NCBI GenBank assembly: GCA_016290325.1
Contig: JAEETL010000005.1
Span: 5,019 to 69,018 of the forward strand
Origin: Muribaculaceae bacterium
GTDB taxonomy: Bacteria > Bacteroidota > Bacteroidia > Bacteroidales > Muribaculaceae
DNA: 64,000 nucleotides
Direction of reading: 5' to 3'
A program made the position numbers and the translations under genes. Shown here piece after piece: positions 7,757 to 17,810 of this stretch. Every line of letters begins with the position of its first letter. Position 1 is the first letter of the stretch. The notes beneath the pieces were generated by a model, which made no database searches, had not been told where the DNA came from, and saw only the letters and a program-made list of their open reading frames with translations.

Positions 7757-8890
7757 TTATTTCAGATTGGTCTTGAAGAAGTCTGCCAGCTTGTCCCAGG
7801 GGATGAGATTTTTGGGTTCTCCCTTACCGACAAGTTCGGTGTATCCCCCGTCATAGAGGTCGCAATGCGATGCTCCGGGGATAATCAACAGTTCCTTATT
7901 CTCAGGATTGGGGTTGGGCTTGCCAACGGTGTTATAACCCTCGGCCTTACCCTCGACCATGTATTTGTAGGCTGCCTCGCCAAAGTAGCGCGAGTGGGCC
8001 TTCTCGCCATGCATCACGAGGACAGCAGAGCGGATCTCGTTGATGTAGTAGAGGAAGCGGGCGTTAGCATAGGCCTGGGTGCCGATGACGCGCCAGCCGT
8101 CGTTACTGTTGCCCGAGCGGGCATGATAGCCGCGCGGAGTCTTGTAGTAGTCAAAGTAGTCTTTCACGAATTGGGGCGCATCCTCGGGCAGCGGATCGAC
8201 AACGCCGCCAGCCATTGCCGTGGGATCGGCAAGACGCTGCTTGGCGATAGCCTCACGTGCAGCATGACGCGACTCCTCCTTGTCCTCGCTGTCATAGTAA
8301 CCGTTACCGCTCACGCGGGTCATGTCATACATCGTGCTGGCCACGGTTGCCTTGATGCGGGCGTCGGCAGCGGCAGCGTTAAGGGCAATACCACCCCATC
8401 CGCAAATGCCGATGATGCCAATCTTCCCAGCATCAATATTCTCCAGTTTCGAGAGGAAATCGACGGCAGCCATGAAATCCTCGGTGTTGATGTCGGGCGA
8501 TGCCGTGCGGCGAGGCTCTCCACTGCTCTCACCAGTATATGAGGGATCGAAGGCCAGCGCTACAAAGCCACGCTCTGCCATCCTCATGGCATAGAGGCCG
8601 CTCGACTGCTCCTTGGTGGCTCCGAATGGACCGCTAACAGCGATAGCGGGCAATTTACCCTCGGTACCCTTCGGCTCATACAAATCAGCCGCCAGAGTCA
8701 GGCCATACTGCGTCTCAAACGTCACCTTGCGGTGGTTCACCTTCTCGCTCAGCGGGAACACCTTGTCCCACTCCTGAGTCAATTTCAAATTACTGTTCAT
8801 ATTCTTTTCATTTTGATTGCAGGCCATGAGTAACAAGCTCATGAACACCACAGTGATTAAACCTCGTTTCATCATCGTTAGTTTGTTCAT
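7757..8890 (-). CDS. alpha/beta hydrolase lipoprotein
   Basis: Lipobox LLLMAC. Nucleophile elbow GICGWGG, with the dienelactone-hydrolase/esterase-like order of Ser, Asp and His (PGASHCDLY). Confidence 0.8.
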   Translation of the reverse strand: MNKLTMMKRGLITVVFMSLLLMACNQNEKNMNSNLKLTQEWDKVFPLSEKVNHRKVTFETQYGLTLAADLYEPKGTEGKLPAIAVSGPFGATKEQSSGLYAMRMAERGFVALAFDPSYTGESSGEPRRTASPDINTEDFMAAVDFLSKLENIDAGKIGIIGICGWGGIALNAAAADARIKATVASTMYDMTRVSGNGYYDSEDKEESRHAAREAIAKQRLADPTAMAGGVVDPLPEDAPQFVKDYFDYYKTPRGYHARSGNSNDGWRVIGTQAYANARFLYYINEIRSAVLVMHGEKAHSRYFGEAAYKYMVEGKAEGYNTVGKPNPNPENKELLIIPGASHCDLYDGGYTELVGKGEPKNLIPWDKLADFFKTNLK

Positions 8891-8981
8891 TTTTTCGGTT
8901 GCAAAATTATGATGTTCATCGAAAGGGGCTCTTATCTGAAATGACTGAAAACCTACCTATTTTATTTTTTCTCAACAAAAC

Positions 8982-9929
8982 ATGATTAATTCTGGTAAAT
9001 TGACTATTTTTGCCATGAGTTTTATGAAGAATCTATTGTACATCAACAAGGCGAACGATTTCGCTCTAGGGGTGGGGGCCGAAGTGTGGCATCCCATGGT
9101 GAGCGTCGTTCATTTTGATGAGTTGGGCGAGATTCCCCACACACTGAACAAAATGGGCGTGTACGCCATCTTCGTGCAGGACAATTTTCCCACCGAGCCC
9201 ACCTACGGCATGGGCGGCTATGATACATCAAAAGGATCGCTCACGGCGGCCTCGCCCGGGCAGATCATCGGCAAGGCTGATGATGGTCACCGCGAAGTGT
9301 ATCATGGTTGGGCGTTGCTGTTCGATCCTGAATTCATGCGCGGCACTGTGTTCGAGCAACGGCTTACCGACTACCACTTCTTTTCTTATAATGTGAACGA
9401 GGCGCTTCACACCACCGAAGGCGAGAAACAGGTGCTGTGGCAACTGATGGAGCGCATCCGCATATTCATCCGTCACAGGGAGCAAACGCCGTTGACCGAC
9501 CGCATCGTGCAGGACTATATCGTGCTTGTGTGTGACTACTGCCAGCTTTTCTATCAGCGTCAGTTCCAAACCTCATCGGCACAGCAGAGCGACCTGCTGG
9601 CACGCTTCCAAAGGGTGCTAAATGACTACTATGACCGTCAGTTGCAACATCGCCACGGACTGCCCAGCGTGAAGCATTGCGCTTCAGAGCTGTGCCTCTC
9701 GCCAAGTTATTTCGGTGACGTGGTTCGCAACGCCACCGGCGACAGCCCCACACGCATCATCCAGCGCTTCCTCATTGACCGCGCCAAGAGCCTGATGATT
9801 GGTGGCATGACGGTGTCGCAAGTGGCAGAAGAACTGGGCTTTGAGTATCCCCAGCACTTCACCCGCTATTTCAAGAAGCATGAGGGAATGACGCCCTCGG
9901 GTTATGTTGCCTCGAAACGAAAACAATAA
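8982..9929 (+). CDS. AraC family transcriptional regulator
   Basis: C-terminal double HTH (SPSYFGDVVRNATGDSP..VSQVAEELGFEYPQHFTRYFKKHEGMTPSGY). The start is uncertain: 8982, 9015 or 9024. Confidence 0.8.
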   Translation: MINSGKLTIFAMSFMKNLLYINKANDFALGVGAEVWHPMVSVVHFDELGEIPHTLNKMGVYAIFVQDNFPTEPTYGMGGYDTSKGSLTAASPGQIIGKADDGHREVYHGWALLFDPEFMRGTVFEQRLTDYHFFSYNVNEALHTTEGEKQVLWQLMERIRIFIRHREQTPLTDRIVQDYIVLVCDYCQLFYQRQFQTSSAQQSDLLARFQRVLNDYYDRQLQHRHGLPSVKHCASELCLSPSYFGDVVRNATGDSPTRIIQRFLIDRAKSLMIGGMTVSQVAEELGFEYPQHFTRYFKKHEGMTPSGYVASKRKQ

Positions 9930-10018
9930 TCGAGGTAAGTATTCAGCCGTTTCAGATAGCCGTCATTTTACCATTTGTGCCCACCTTTGCAGCCGTATTC
10001 AATTAATTCAAGACAAAC

Positions 10019-10687
10019 ATGAAGAAACCATACGTGATTTGCCACATGATGGCATCAATTGACGGACGCATAGACTGCGCCATGACCGAACAGATAGAGG
10101 GTAACAGCTATTATGAGGCACTTGAAGCCCTGAATCTCGATGCGACAATCGAGGGGAAGATAACGGCCATGATGCACTATGCCGAAAAAAACCTTTTCGA
10201 GGACGGCAACAGTCCTGCCGTCGGAGCCGATGAGATTTTCAAGTCTCATGACAGCAAACACTGGGAGGCTATCGTGGAAACGCGCGGCACCCTGCTGTGG
10301 CCCGAGGGCGACACGCCCGACCGCTTGTGCATCGTCAGCCAGCTGACCAGCCGTGCCTATCTGGACTACCTGCGCGAGCGCGGCATCTCCTATATCGTGG
10401 CAGGACGCGACCACGTGGACCTGGCCCGTGCCACAGCTTTGATGTATAGCGAGTTTGGTGCCGAGCGCATCGGCGTGGTGGGTGGTGGCCATATCAACGG
10501 CAGTTTCCTCTCCTTGGGGCTGCTCGACGAGGTGAGCATGGTCTTCGGTCCCGCCATTGATGGTCGAGAGGGATTCGGGGCCGCATTTGACGGCATCGAG
10601 GCCAGCCATGAGCATCCTTACAAGCTGCACCTCAAGTCAGTGCGCCAGATGGACGATGAGTGTGTGTGGCTGCGTTATCAATGCTAA
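10019..10687 (+). CDS. RibD C-terminal domain / dihydrofolate-reductase-like family protein
   Basis: MMASIDGRI...VGGGHINGSFL pattern of the RibD_C reductase fold. Confidence 0.7.
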   Translation: MKKPYVICHMMASIDGRIDCAMTEQIEGNSYYEALEALNLDATIEGKITAMMHYAEKNLFEDGNSPAVGADEIFKSHDSKHWEAIVETRGTLLWPEGDTPDRLCIVSQLTSRAYLDYLRERGISYIVAGRDHVDLARATALMYSEFGAERIGVVGGGHINGSFLSLGLLDEVSMVFGPAIDGREGFGAAFDGIEASHEHPYKLHLKSVRQMDDECVWLRYQC

Positions 10688-10703
10688 AAATCAAAATTGA
10701 ACA

Positions 10704-11267
10704 ATGACTATTCAGGAATATAAAGAATACATCGCTTCGGGCCAATCGGTCAAGGCTGGCTCCGAGGCCCATCTTCTCATGCATCAGGCGAGTCGAGAGG
10801 CACAAAAGATCACTGTCAAATTGAACAGTGAATTTCATGAGCCCGAGGAAATCCGCCAGTTGCTTTCAGAGTTATGGGGCTATGAGGTACCCGACAGTGT
10901 AGGCATGTTCCCGCCGTTCAACACCGACTTTGGCAAGAACACTGTGGTTGGCGAGCGCACGTTCATCAACGCTGGATGCAAGTTTCAGGACCAAGGCGGC
11001 ATCGTCATTGGCGACGACTGCCTAATCGGGCACAATGCCACGCTATGCACCATCAACCATGCCCAGGATCCCGACCGACGGGGCGATATGGAGTTCCGTC
11101 CCATCCACATCGGGAACAAGGTTTGGCTCGGTGCCAATGTCACCATCCTGCCGGGCGTGACGATTGGCGAGGGCGCCATCGTGGCTGCAGGAGCCGTGGT
11201 CACCAAGGATGTCGCCCCCAGAACCATCGTCGGCGGTGTCCCGGCAAAAGTCATCAAGAAGTTATGA
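10704..11267 (+). CDS. sugar O-acetyltransferase (maltose/galactoside acetyltransferase-like, left-handed beta-helix)
   Basis: Hexapeptide repeats [48 protein letters not shown]. Confidence 0.85.
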   Translation: MTIQEYKEYIASGQSVKAGSEAHLLMHQASREAQKITVKLNSEFHEPEEIRQLLSELWGYEVPDSVGMFPPFNTDFGKNTVVGERTFINAGCKFQDQGGIVIGDDCLIGHNATLCTINHAQDPDRRGDMEFRPIHIGNKVWLGANVTILPGVTIGEGAIVAAGAVVTKDVAPRTIVGGVPAKVIKKL

Positions 11268-11426
11268 CTTTTCAGTGACTACAAGCCGTCAAATGACACG
11301 GCCGACGCCATTACCTAGCGATAAAGCGCCCACGTGAGTCTAACAAGGGCAAGCAAAACGGCTGTATCACCATGCCAATCAGGTGTACAGCCGTTCATTT
11401 GTGTTTATAGCAGTGAGAACTACAGA

Positions 11427-11612
11427 TTATTTGGCGGGTTCCCACTTGCAGCGGATGGGCGACACGATGGCTCCCTCCTTTTTCAACTCGGCGAAGGCCT
11501 TGTCAACGACCTTGCGGTCGAGTCCAGTCAACTCAGCTACTTTGCCTGCGTTCAACGGAACACCAGCCTTGCGCATGGCTTCCAATACTTGTTCTTTTGC
11601 TTCCATTGTCAT
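11427..11612 (-). CDS. small winged-helix DNA-binding protein
   Basis: 61 aa. The AGKVAELTGLDRKVVDKAFAELKKEGAI pattern suggests wHTH. It is the last gene of a three-gene minus-strand unit. Confidence 0.5.
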   Translation of the reverse strand: MTMEAKEQVLEAMRKAGVPLNAGKVAELTGLDRKVVDKAFAELKKEGAIVSPIRCKWEPAK

Positions 11613-11619
11613 TAAATCA

Positions 11620-12018
11620 TTAAAAAGTTACTGTTTCTACCGGTTCCATGAGCTGGAAGAACGTGGCGGTTGCATCGTTCAGGTAATACATCACGCCATT
11701 TTCTCCATTCTCTCCTAGGGCTGGTTTGAGTGCCGGCATCTTATCAACGAGAGCCTTGCCCACTTCGGGTCGGTTGTCCTCGACGAGTTTGCACTCGATG
11801 CGTAGTGTCTGACCCTTGAAAGCGCAAATCTCGGCTTTAGCATTTTCGGCAATCTGACGGGTAGCATTGGTCTGCCCGAAGGCCATGATGTAGATTTTGT
11901 CATCGTACATCAGCAATGCACCGTAGGGGCGCACGCGGGGCTGGTCGCCCTCAACGGTAGCCAGGTAGAATGTCCCGGCCTTCTCGAGAAAATCGTATAC
12001 TTTCTTGACGTTTTCCAT
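11620..12018 (-). CDS. pyridoxamine 5'-phosphate oxidase family (FMN-binding split barrel) protein
   Basis: FYLATVEGDQPRVRPYG...IYIMAFGQTN pattern. Confidence 0.7.
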   Translation of the reverse strand: MENVKKVYDFLEKAGTFYLATVEGDQPRVRPYGALLMYDDKIYIMAFGQTNATRQIAENAKAEICAFKGQTLRIECKLVEDNRPEVGKALVDKMPALKPALGENGENGVMYYLNDATATFFQLMEPVETVTF

Positions 12019-12040
12019 TGTTGAGTTTTTATTGAAGTTA

Positions 12041-12499
12041 TTAGATGGCTGTCTTCATGAGCCAGGGCTTTGCTCCGATGCACTCGATCAGGCCCAGCTG
12101 CTCCTCGCTCCAGTACATGTCCTCTTCCTCGTCCTTGAGGTACTCCTTCATCATGTCAAAGGTGGTCAAGTCGTCCTTGATGCCGTCCATGCATTTGCGC
12201 AGCAACTCAATGCCGTCAACCGACACCTTGTAGTCTGCATTGAGGAACTCGATAGGATCCTTGTAAAGGGTCTGAGCCTCAACAGCCTCTTGTTTGAGCT
12301 CGCCACCCAAGTCGAGCAAACGGCCAATGAATTGATCTACAAATTCGCCTTCCTCCTTGGCATGCTCGAGATACTTGGTCTCAAGTTTCTTGAAACCCAG
12401 CGAGCCGAAGATTTTGGCTTGCAACTTGTGCTGGAATGACTGAGCGTTCAGGTTAGTCACAAAAAATTGTAATGCTTCGATTGATTTCTTTGCGTCCAT
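12041..12499 (-). CDS. ferritin-like / divergent bacterioferritin family protein
   Basis: Alignable by eye to Bfr (..YLEHAKEE.., ..DEEEDMYW..), but several ferroxidase ligands appear substituted. Confidence 0.55.
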   Translation of the reverse strand: MDAKKSIEALQFFVTNLNAQSFQHKLQAKIFGSLGFKKLETKYLEHAKEEGEFVDQFIGRLLDLGGELKQEAVEAQTLYKDPIEFLNADYKVSVDGIELLRKCMDGIKDDLTTFDMMKEYLKDEEEDMYWSEEQLGLIECIGAKPWLMKTAI

Positions 12500-12648
12500 A
12501 TTATTTATGATTTAAATTGATAAAAAACTGTGCCACAAAGTTACCACCAAGTCATTCGGCAGCAAAAATCACAACAAACCAATGATTATCCCAAACGAAA
12601 CAAATCAGATTTTTTTGTAATTTTGCTCGGTCAAAATCTTTTAATGTT

Positions 12649-13551
12649 ATGTATAACCTGCTAGAGTATTACAATCGGCACGGCAAGAAGCACATGCATG
12701 AGATGTGGAACGGCAAAATGGCCTGTGCATTCACCGATAAGGAACGCACTTTCACCACCAACGAATTGACCGATTCGCTCAACTGCTACACTTTTACGTT
12801 AATCACTCGAGGCGAATTGTCGCTGGTGAGCAGCGATACCGAGCTCTCGTTTTGCCCAAACGATATTTTCACCTACTATCCCGGCAGCGCCATATACGTC
12901 AGCAACGTGAGTGATGATTATCAAGGCATTTGCCTGCTGGTTGACGAACAGATGGCTCACGACGCACAAGCATTCCGCAACCTGTTGAGGGCCTCAATGA
13001 TTCCCCTGTCACAATTCGGCAACTCCAAGCTCTCACTCAATAGCGATGATGCGAACAGGGTGCGATCGGTCTTGATGCTGATTAGCGAATATATTACCCG
13101 CCCGTTATCGCTGAAAAATGACATTCTGGAAATGCTTTACTCGGTATTCATCAACGATTTAATCAGCATTCAAGCGTTCCAGAAAGCCCGCCTTTCAATT
13201 TCAAGGCAAATCGAAGAAATATTCATCTCTTTCTATGCCCTGTTGCAAAAGAATTACATCAATCATCACAACATCGGCTTTTATGCCGACCACTTAAACA
13301 TCACCACCACCTACCTGTCTCGCGTTGTTAAAGCTGTCTCGGGCAGGACGGTGATGGAGTGCATCAATGAGATGCTGGCCATCGAGGCGACGTGGCTCAT
13401 CAAGTCAACTAACCTTACAGTGGCACAAATAGCCGACCGCCTGCATTTCTCAACATCGGCCGCCTTTGACAAGTTTTATATGCGCATGAGAGGTAGTACC
13501 CCCTTAGCGGTGAGAACGGCAATCGAACGTAAAGAAAAAGAGTACCATTGA
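12649..13551 (+). CDS. AraC family transcriptional regulator
   Basis: C-terminal HTH pair (TTTYLSRVVKAVSGRT...VAQIADRLHFSTSAAFDKFYMRMRGSTP). A TAatTTTG box lies upstream. Confidence 0.85.
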   Translation: MYNLLEYYNRHGKKHMHEMWNGKMACAFTDKERTFTTNELTDSLNCYTFTLITRGELSLVSSDTELSFCPNDIFTYYPGSAIYVSNVSDDYQGICLLVDEQMAHDAQAFRNLLRASMIPLSQFGNSKLSLNSDDANRVRSVLMLISEYITRPLSLKNDILEMLYSVFINDLISIQAFQKARLSISRQIEEIFISFYALLQKNYINHHNIGFYADHLNITTTYLSRVVKAVSGRTVMECINEMLAIEATWLIKSTNLTVAQIADRLHFSTSAAFDKFYMRMRGSTPLAVRTAIERKEKEYH

Positions 13552-13622
13552 CGGCACTCTTAAATAATTAAATGATTTAGAGGGGTTGGCCTTAACCAAT
13601 AACCTGCTTTTGGCGGGTTCCC

Positions 13623-14402
13623 TTATCCCAAAACAACGTCGAGGACCATCATCAGGACGAAGCCCGCGGCAAAACCGATGGTGCCAAGGTTACTATGCTC
13701 ACCCTGTGAAGCCTCGGGAATGAGTTCTTCGACCACGACATATAGCATCGAACCAGCGGCAAAAGCCAACAGGAACGGCAAGACGGGTTGAAGTGTGGAT
13801 GCGAGCAGGATGATGGCTATACTGCCGATTGGCTCGACCAGTCCGCTTAGCGCTCCTATGCCGAAGGACTTCATGCGGCTATTCCCCTCGCTCCTGAGCG
13901 GCATCGAGATGATGGCTCCCTCGGGGATGTTCTGGATAGCTATACCAAGCGACACAGCCAGGGCACTAGCAGCAGTGATGCCGATACCTCCCTGTAACAT
14001 GGAGGCAATCACCACACCGACTGCCATCCCCTCAGGGATGTTGTGTATAGTGACGGCTAATGCCAGCATCGATGTGCGGGACAAGTGACTGCGCGGTCCC
14101 TCGGGCTTATCCTCACCGGGATGAAGGTGGGGAATCAGCATGTCGATCAGCAACAGGAAGCCCATGCCTGACAACAGGCCCAACGCTGCGGGTAACACCG
14201 ACGAGATGCCATCACCGCCAGCCATCTCGATACTGGGGATAAGCAACGACCACACTGCGGCAGCCACCATCACTCCCGAAGCGAAACCGAGCAGCGTGCG
14301 TTGCAACGTGCCCGACATCGTGTCGCGCATCAGGAACACAAAGGCTGCACCCAACACCGTTCCGGCGAAGGGTATCGTGAGCGCAAGTGTCAATCCGTTC
14401 AT
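13623..14402 (-). CDS. ZIP family divalent metal transporter, copy 2 (paralog of 1436-2215, inverted orientation)
   Basis: Same length (259 aa), with roughly 70 percent identical residues to copy 1 by eye, including HNIPEGMAVG and IAIQNIPEGA. Confidence 0.9.
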   Translation of the reverse strand: MNGLTLALTIPFAGTVLGAAFVFLMRDTMSGTLQRTLLGFASGVMVAAAVWSLLIPSIEMAGGDGISSVLPAALGLLSGMGFLLLIDMLIPHLHPGEDKPEGPRSHLSRTSMLALAVTIHNIPEGMAVGVVIASMLQGGIGITAASALAVSLGIAIQNIPEGAIISMPLRSEGNSRMKSFGIGALSGLVEPIGSIAIILLASTLQPVLPFLLAFAAGSMLYVVVEELIPEASQGEHSNLGTIGFAAGFVLMMVLDVVLG

Positions 14403-14432
14403 AGGCTATAGGCCTTGTTGTGGTCAGGAATA

Positions 14433-15179
14433 TTACAACTTCATCACGCGCTTCATCTCCAGATTCTCATAGCCCTCGGGGCAATGGGTGGAGAGATAAA
14501 CGGTGGGATTGTTGCTGATGAATTCGCGCACGCGGTCCAGCGTCTCACGCGTTGCCTCCTTGTCCTCAAAGACAATCGAGAGCTTATTGGCCTTCAATGC
14601 GGCGTCACAATAGGTCACGTCGCCGTGGAACATGTAGTAGAGGCCATCATGCTCCAGAATGGCGATGCTGTTGCCCTTGGTGTGACCCTTGGCCTCAATG
14701 AACCACAGCCCGTCGGCCACCTGCATCGCGTTGGGGAAGTTGTGATAGGCCTGGCCATACTCGGCGCGGACGATGTTGTCACCCTCCAGTTTCATGGCAT
14801 CGGCATCCTCAGGCGCAATATATATCTTGGCATTGGGGAACTCGTCAATGCAGTCGCTGTGGTCGTTATGCTTGTGGGTGATGAGGATTTTGGTCACCTG
14901 CTCGGGCTGGTAGCCTGTAGCGGCAAATGCCTCCATGTAGTCGGCCACCTTATCGCCCATATAGAGCGGAGTGCCATACTTCTTGGCCGGTGCATTAAAA
15001 TCAGCCTTGAAGCCCGTGTCAATAAGGATTACCTCATCGCCCGTGTCGATAAGGAAGTTCTGCAGACTGCTGCGGTAGATAATCTGCTCGTCAAAGGCTT
15101 CCCTACCCTCCTCGCCACCAAAAGCAAACGGTTGGTTCATGAAGCCTCCATCAAACATGCGGATTGCTAAAATTTTCAT
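14433..15179 (-). CDS. MBL-fold metallo-hydrolase
   Basis: ITHKHNDHSDC metal motif and a later KGHTKGN. Confidence 0.85.
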   Translation of the reverse strand: MKILAIRMFDGGFMNQPFAFGGEEGREAFDEQIIYRSSLQNFLIDTGDEVILIDTGFKADFNAPAKKYGTPLYMGDKVADYMEAFAATGYQPEQVTKILITHKHNDHSDCIDEFPNAKIYIAPEDADAMKLEGDNIVRAEYGQAYHNFPNAMQVADGLWFIEAKGHTKGNSIAILEHDGLYYMFHGDVTYCDAALKANKLSIVFEDKEATRETLDRVREFISNNPTVYLSTHCPEGYENLEMKRVMKL

Positions 15180-15212
15180 AACTGTCTTGAATTTATATGA
15201 GTAGATGTTGTT

Positions 15213-15728
15213 CTACAATTTGTTGACGAGGTCTTGGATCTTCTGCTTCGTGGCGTCGGTCTTCTGCTCATTGACGTTGGCGGTCACGATGCCGGTGTCC
15301 TCAACTTTCCAGTAGTTGCAGATGTCACGATACTCAGCCTTAGCGCCGTCATACACGCCTGGTGAATAGGAAGACATGAGCAAAGCCATCTTCTTCACCT
15401 TGGCGGGACTGTTCACGCAGTACATGCGTTGGATAGGAGCCTGGATCTGGGCATTCATCGTGAAATAATAGATGGGAGCGGCCAGTACCAGTACCTCGGC
15501 CTCTGCCATGAGCGGATACAGCTCCTGCATGTCGTCCTGCTGGATGCAGGCACCGTTGCCCTTGCCGTGGCAATACTCACAGGCCAGACAGCCCGCAATT
15601 TTCTTCTTTGACACGTTCACCAGTGTCACCTTATGTCCTGCTGCCTCGGCAGCCTTCTTGTACTCCTCGGCCATCCAAGCCGTGTTACCGTTAGCCCTAG
15701 GTGAGCTTTGTAAAATCAGAATGTTCAT
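15213..15728 (-). CDS. flavodoxin-like fold NAD(P)H-dependent FMN reductase / iron-sulfur flavoprotein family
   Basis: MNILILQSSPRANGNT start plus Cys cluster CLACEYCHGKGNGAC. Confidence 0.75.
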   Translation of the reverse strand: MNILILQSSPRANGNTAWMAEEYKKAAEAAGHKVTLVNVSKKKIAGCLACEYCHGKGNGACIQQDDMQELYPLMAEAEVLVLAAPIYYFTMNAQIQAPIQRMYCVNSPAKVKKMALLMSSYSPGVYDGAKAEYRDICNYWKVEDTGIVTANVNEQKTDATKQKIQDLVNKL

Positions 15729-15781
15729 AGCGGTTTTTGTTTAAAATGATGATAATTGAAGTTATATTGATAATGTACGCG

Positions 15782-16318
15782 TTAACAACATTTCATTCGT
15801 TTCTCAAACACGAACAGGCCGTCGCTGGGGTCAAACTGCTCGGGCATGTTCGGGTCGCGATGATGTGAGTTGAAGAACTCGATGGCATGGAAACCGCAAC
15901 AGTTGATATAGAAGTGGATGTTGCGGCGGTCGAAATAGGGAGTGCAGGTCTCCCACACCTCAACCTCGGGATGCATCGCCTCAATGGCGTTCCAAATGGC
16001 TTGGCCAATGCCCTTGCCCTGCACACCATCCTTCACGTAGAGGAATGACAGTTCCCCATGAAGCTTAGTGCCGTCGATGTCGATAATGGCACCACCCACG
16101 CGCTGGCCGTCGGCATCGACAGCCTCATAGGCTTCGGCACCCTCGGCCTGCAATGCCTGGTAAAAGTCTCCATCGGGCAACACCTGCCATTGGTTGGAGT
16201 TATCAACATCGTCTTTGATATGCCCCTGAAAGCCTTTCTCAAATGCCTCCTGCATTTCCTCTTTGAAGGCGATAGTACGCTCCTCAGTGAGCCTGATAAG
16301 TCTGATTTCTGTTTCCAT
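15782..16318 (-). CDS. GNAT family N-acetyltransferase
   Basis: Acetyl-CoA motif VQGKGIGQAIW. Confidence 0.75.
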   Translation of the reverse strand: METEIRLIRLTEERTIAFKEEMQEAFEKGFQGHIKDDVDNSNQWQVLPDGDFYQALQAEGAEAYEAVDADGQRVGGAIIDIDGTKLHGELSFLYVKDGVQGKGIGQAIWNAIEAMHPEVEVWETCTPYFDRRNIHFYINCCGFHAIEFFNSHHRDPNMPEQFDPSDGLFVFEKRMKCC

Positions 16319-16349
16319 TGTATTTCGGTTTATGCCGTTAATAAATCTC

Positions 16350-16838
16350 CTACAGCTTGATATACAGGAGGATGATGTCCTCGTAGTGGCCGTCCTTCAT
16401 GAGGAAGCCTTGGGGGATTCGGCCCAGCTGCGTGAAGCCCAAGCGCTCATAGAGATGCAAGGCATGGACATTGGCAGCCACAACCGCGTTGAATTGCATG
16501 AGGCGAAAACCCAAACGGGCACCCATGGCCAGCGAGTCCTTCACGAGTTGCTCGCCAATGTGAAGGCCGCGCTTGTCAGATCTGACGGCATAACTGGTAT
16601 TGCAGATGTGTCCACAACGGCCCACGTTGTTGGGGTGCAGGATATAAAGACCCACAACCTCGCCCGTTTCGCCATCCACTGCAACGCCAGTATAAGATTG
16701 GCCGCTAAAGAAGTCGTCTGCTTCCTGCTCCGTCAGTTCCTCAACCTGCGGAAACGCGACACCCTCACGCACCACTTCGTTCCAGATTTCCATAGCTTCG
16801 GCCCAGTCCTGTTTCTTATATGCCCTGATTGTGATCAT
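16350..16838 (-). CDS. GNAT family N-acetyltransferase
   Basis: SDKRGLHIGEQL..FNAVVAANVHALHLYERLGF. I trimmed the ORF-track start (17153), because that extension overlaps the EamA gene, to ATG 16838 (alternative 16901). Confidence 0.8.
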   Translation of the reverse strand: MITIRAYKKQDWAEAMEIWNEVVREGVAFPQVEELTEQEADDFFSGQSYTGVAVDGETGEVVGLYILHPNNVGRCGHICNTSYAVRSDKRGLHIGEQLVKDSLAMGARLGFRLMQFNAVVAANVHALHLYERLGFTQLGRIPQGFLMKDGHYEDIILLYIKL

Positions 16839-16918
16839 ATCGACAATATCCGATTCATCTAATATCAACTTCCGCAAAAGTAGCGATTTTTCACGAAACA
16901 TCCGCTTGATTTTGGAAT

Positions 16919-17797
16919 TTACTTCGCTGCAATCCAGCAACCAGCCGCCATGATGGCCGAGGCAATGACGAATAACAGTGTGATGGGCTCGCCCAGCATC
17001 ACAATCGACAACAGGGCACCGATAAAAGGCGCTAGAGCGTAGAAGGTGCTGGTCTTTGCCGCACCGATGGCCCGTTGGGCATAGGTATAGAAATAGATGC
17101 TTAGTCCATAGGCCACATAGCCCAGCAGCAGTATAATGGCTAGATGCTGCCACTGAGGCAGGTGCTCGCCAATAGCGAAGGCAATAGCGAGGGCACCCAG
17201 GCCAGAACCGAAGCCCTTGATGGTGACAATCTGCATCGGATCACGGTCGGCAATCTGGCGAGTGCAGTTGTTCTCCAGACCCCAACATACGGTGGCGCCA
17301 AGCACGAGCAGGGATCCACGCGAGAAGGTCAACGCCTCGCCGAGACTGCCGTCATCGAGCGAAAGCAGGATGCTAGCCACAGTGACTAAAGCGATGGCCA
17401 GCCACAATCGGCGGCCGACTGCCTCACTGAAGAACAGCAACGCGATAAGGGCCGTAGCCACAATCTCGAAGTTGTTCAGCAGCGAGGTGTTGGCGGCGGA
17501 GCACGTCTTGAGGCCGTACATCATCAGGATGGGAGCAATGATATCGAGCACCACCATCGCAGCGGCGTACGGCACATCGCGGCGATGCAGCCGTTCCTCG
17601 GTCGATGCCTTGGTCCGTTTGCCTCGCACTAACATCATCGCCCCAACACCAATGCCCGCTCCCAAGTAGAGGAACGCCGCCACCATCGTGGGCGGTACCA
17701 GCTGCAGCATCACCTTGGACACAGGAGTGCTGATGGCATAAAGCGCTGCAGCCAGCACCGCCAGCAGGATGGCAGTGGAATTCTTTTTCCTAGACAT
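16919..17797 (-). CDS. EamA/DMT superfamily transporter
   Basis: Ten predicted TM helices in two EamA repeats. Confidence 0.85.
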   Translation of the reverse strand: MSRKKNSTAILLAVLAAALYAISTPVSKVMLQLVPPTMVAAFLYLGAGIGVGAMMLVRGKRTKASTEERLHRRDVPYAAAMVVLDIIAPILMMYGLKTCSAANTSLLNNFEIVATALIALLFFSEAVGRRLWLAIALVTVASILLSLDDGSLGEALTFSRGSLLVLGATVCWGLENNCTRQIADRDPMQIVTIKGFGSGLGALAIAFAIGEHLPQWQHLAIILLLGYVAYGLSIYFYTYAQRAIGAAKTSTFYALAPFIGALLSIVMLGEPITLLFVIASAIMAAGCWIAAK

Positions 17798-17810
17798 GCC
17801 TAGAGCAAAA

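Noticed and set aside
11431-11443. 13-mer TTGGCGGGTTCCC shared by 11431-11443 and 13607-13619, considered as a remnant duplication
   Set aside because: Chance identical 13-mers are expected many times in 64 kb on two strands, and the flanks show no further similarity.
12041-12499. Calling the 152-aa protein a functional bacterioferritin (bfr)
   Set aside because: The overall helical layout and some motifs align with Bfr. However, several di-iron ligands appear substituted (for example EEEDMYW where Bfr has EEGHIDW). Only a generic ferritin-like call is justified.
16839-17153. N-terminal 105-residue extension of the GNAT ORF (ORF-track start 17153), which overlaps the EamA transporter gene
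   Set aside because: The extension overlaps 235 nt of the EamA coding sequence and reads as Cys/His/Arg-rich nonsense. A promoter box (TActTTTG, about 16875-16882 on the minus strand) lies inside it. The GNAT fold begins at MITIRAYKK (16838).
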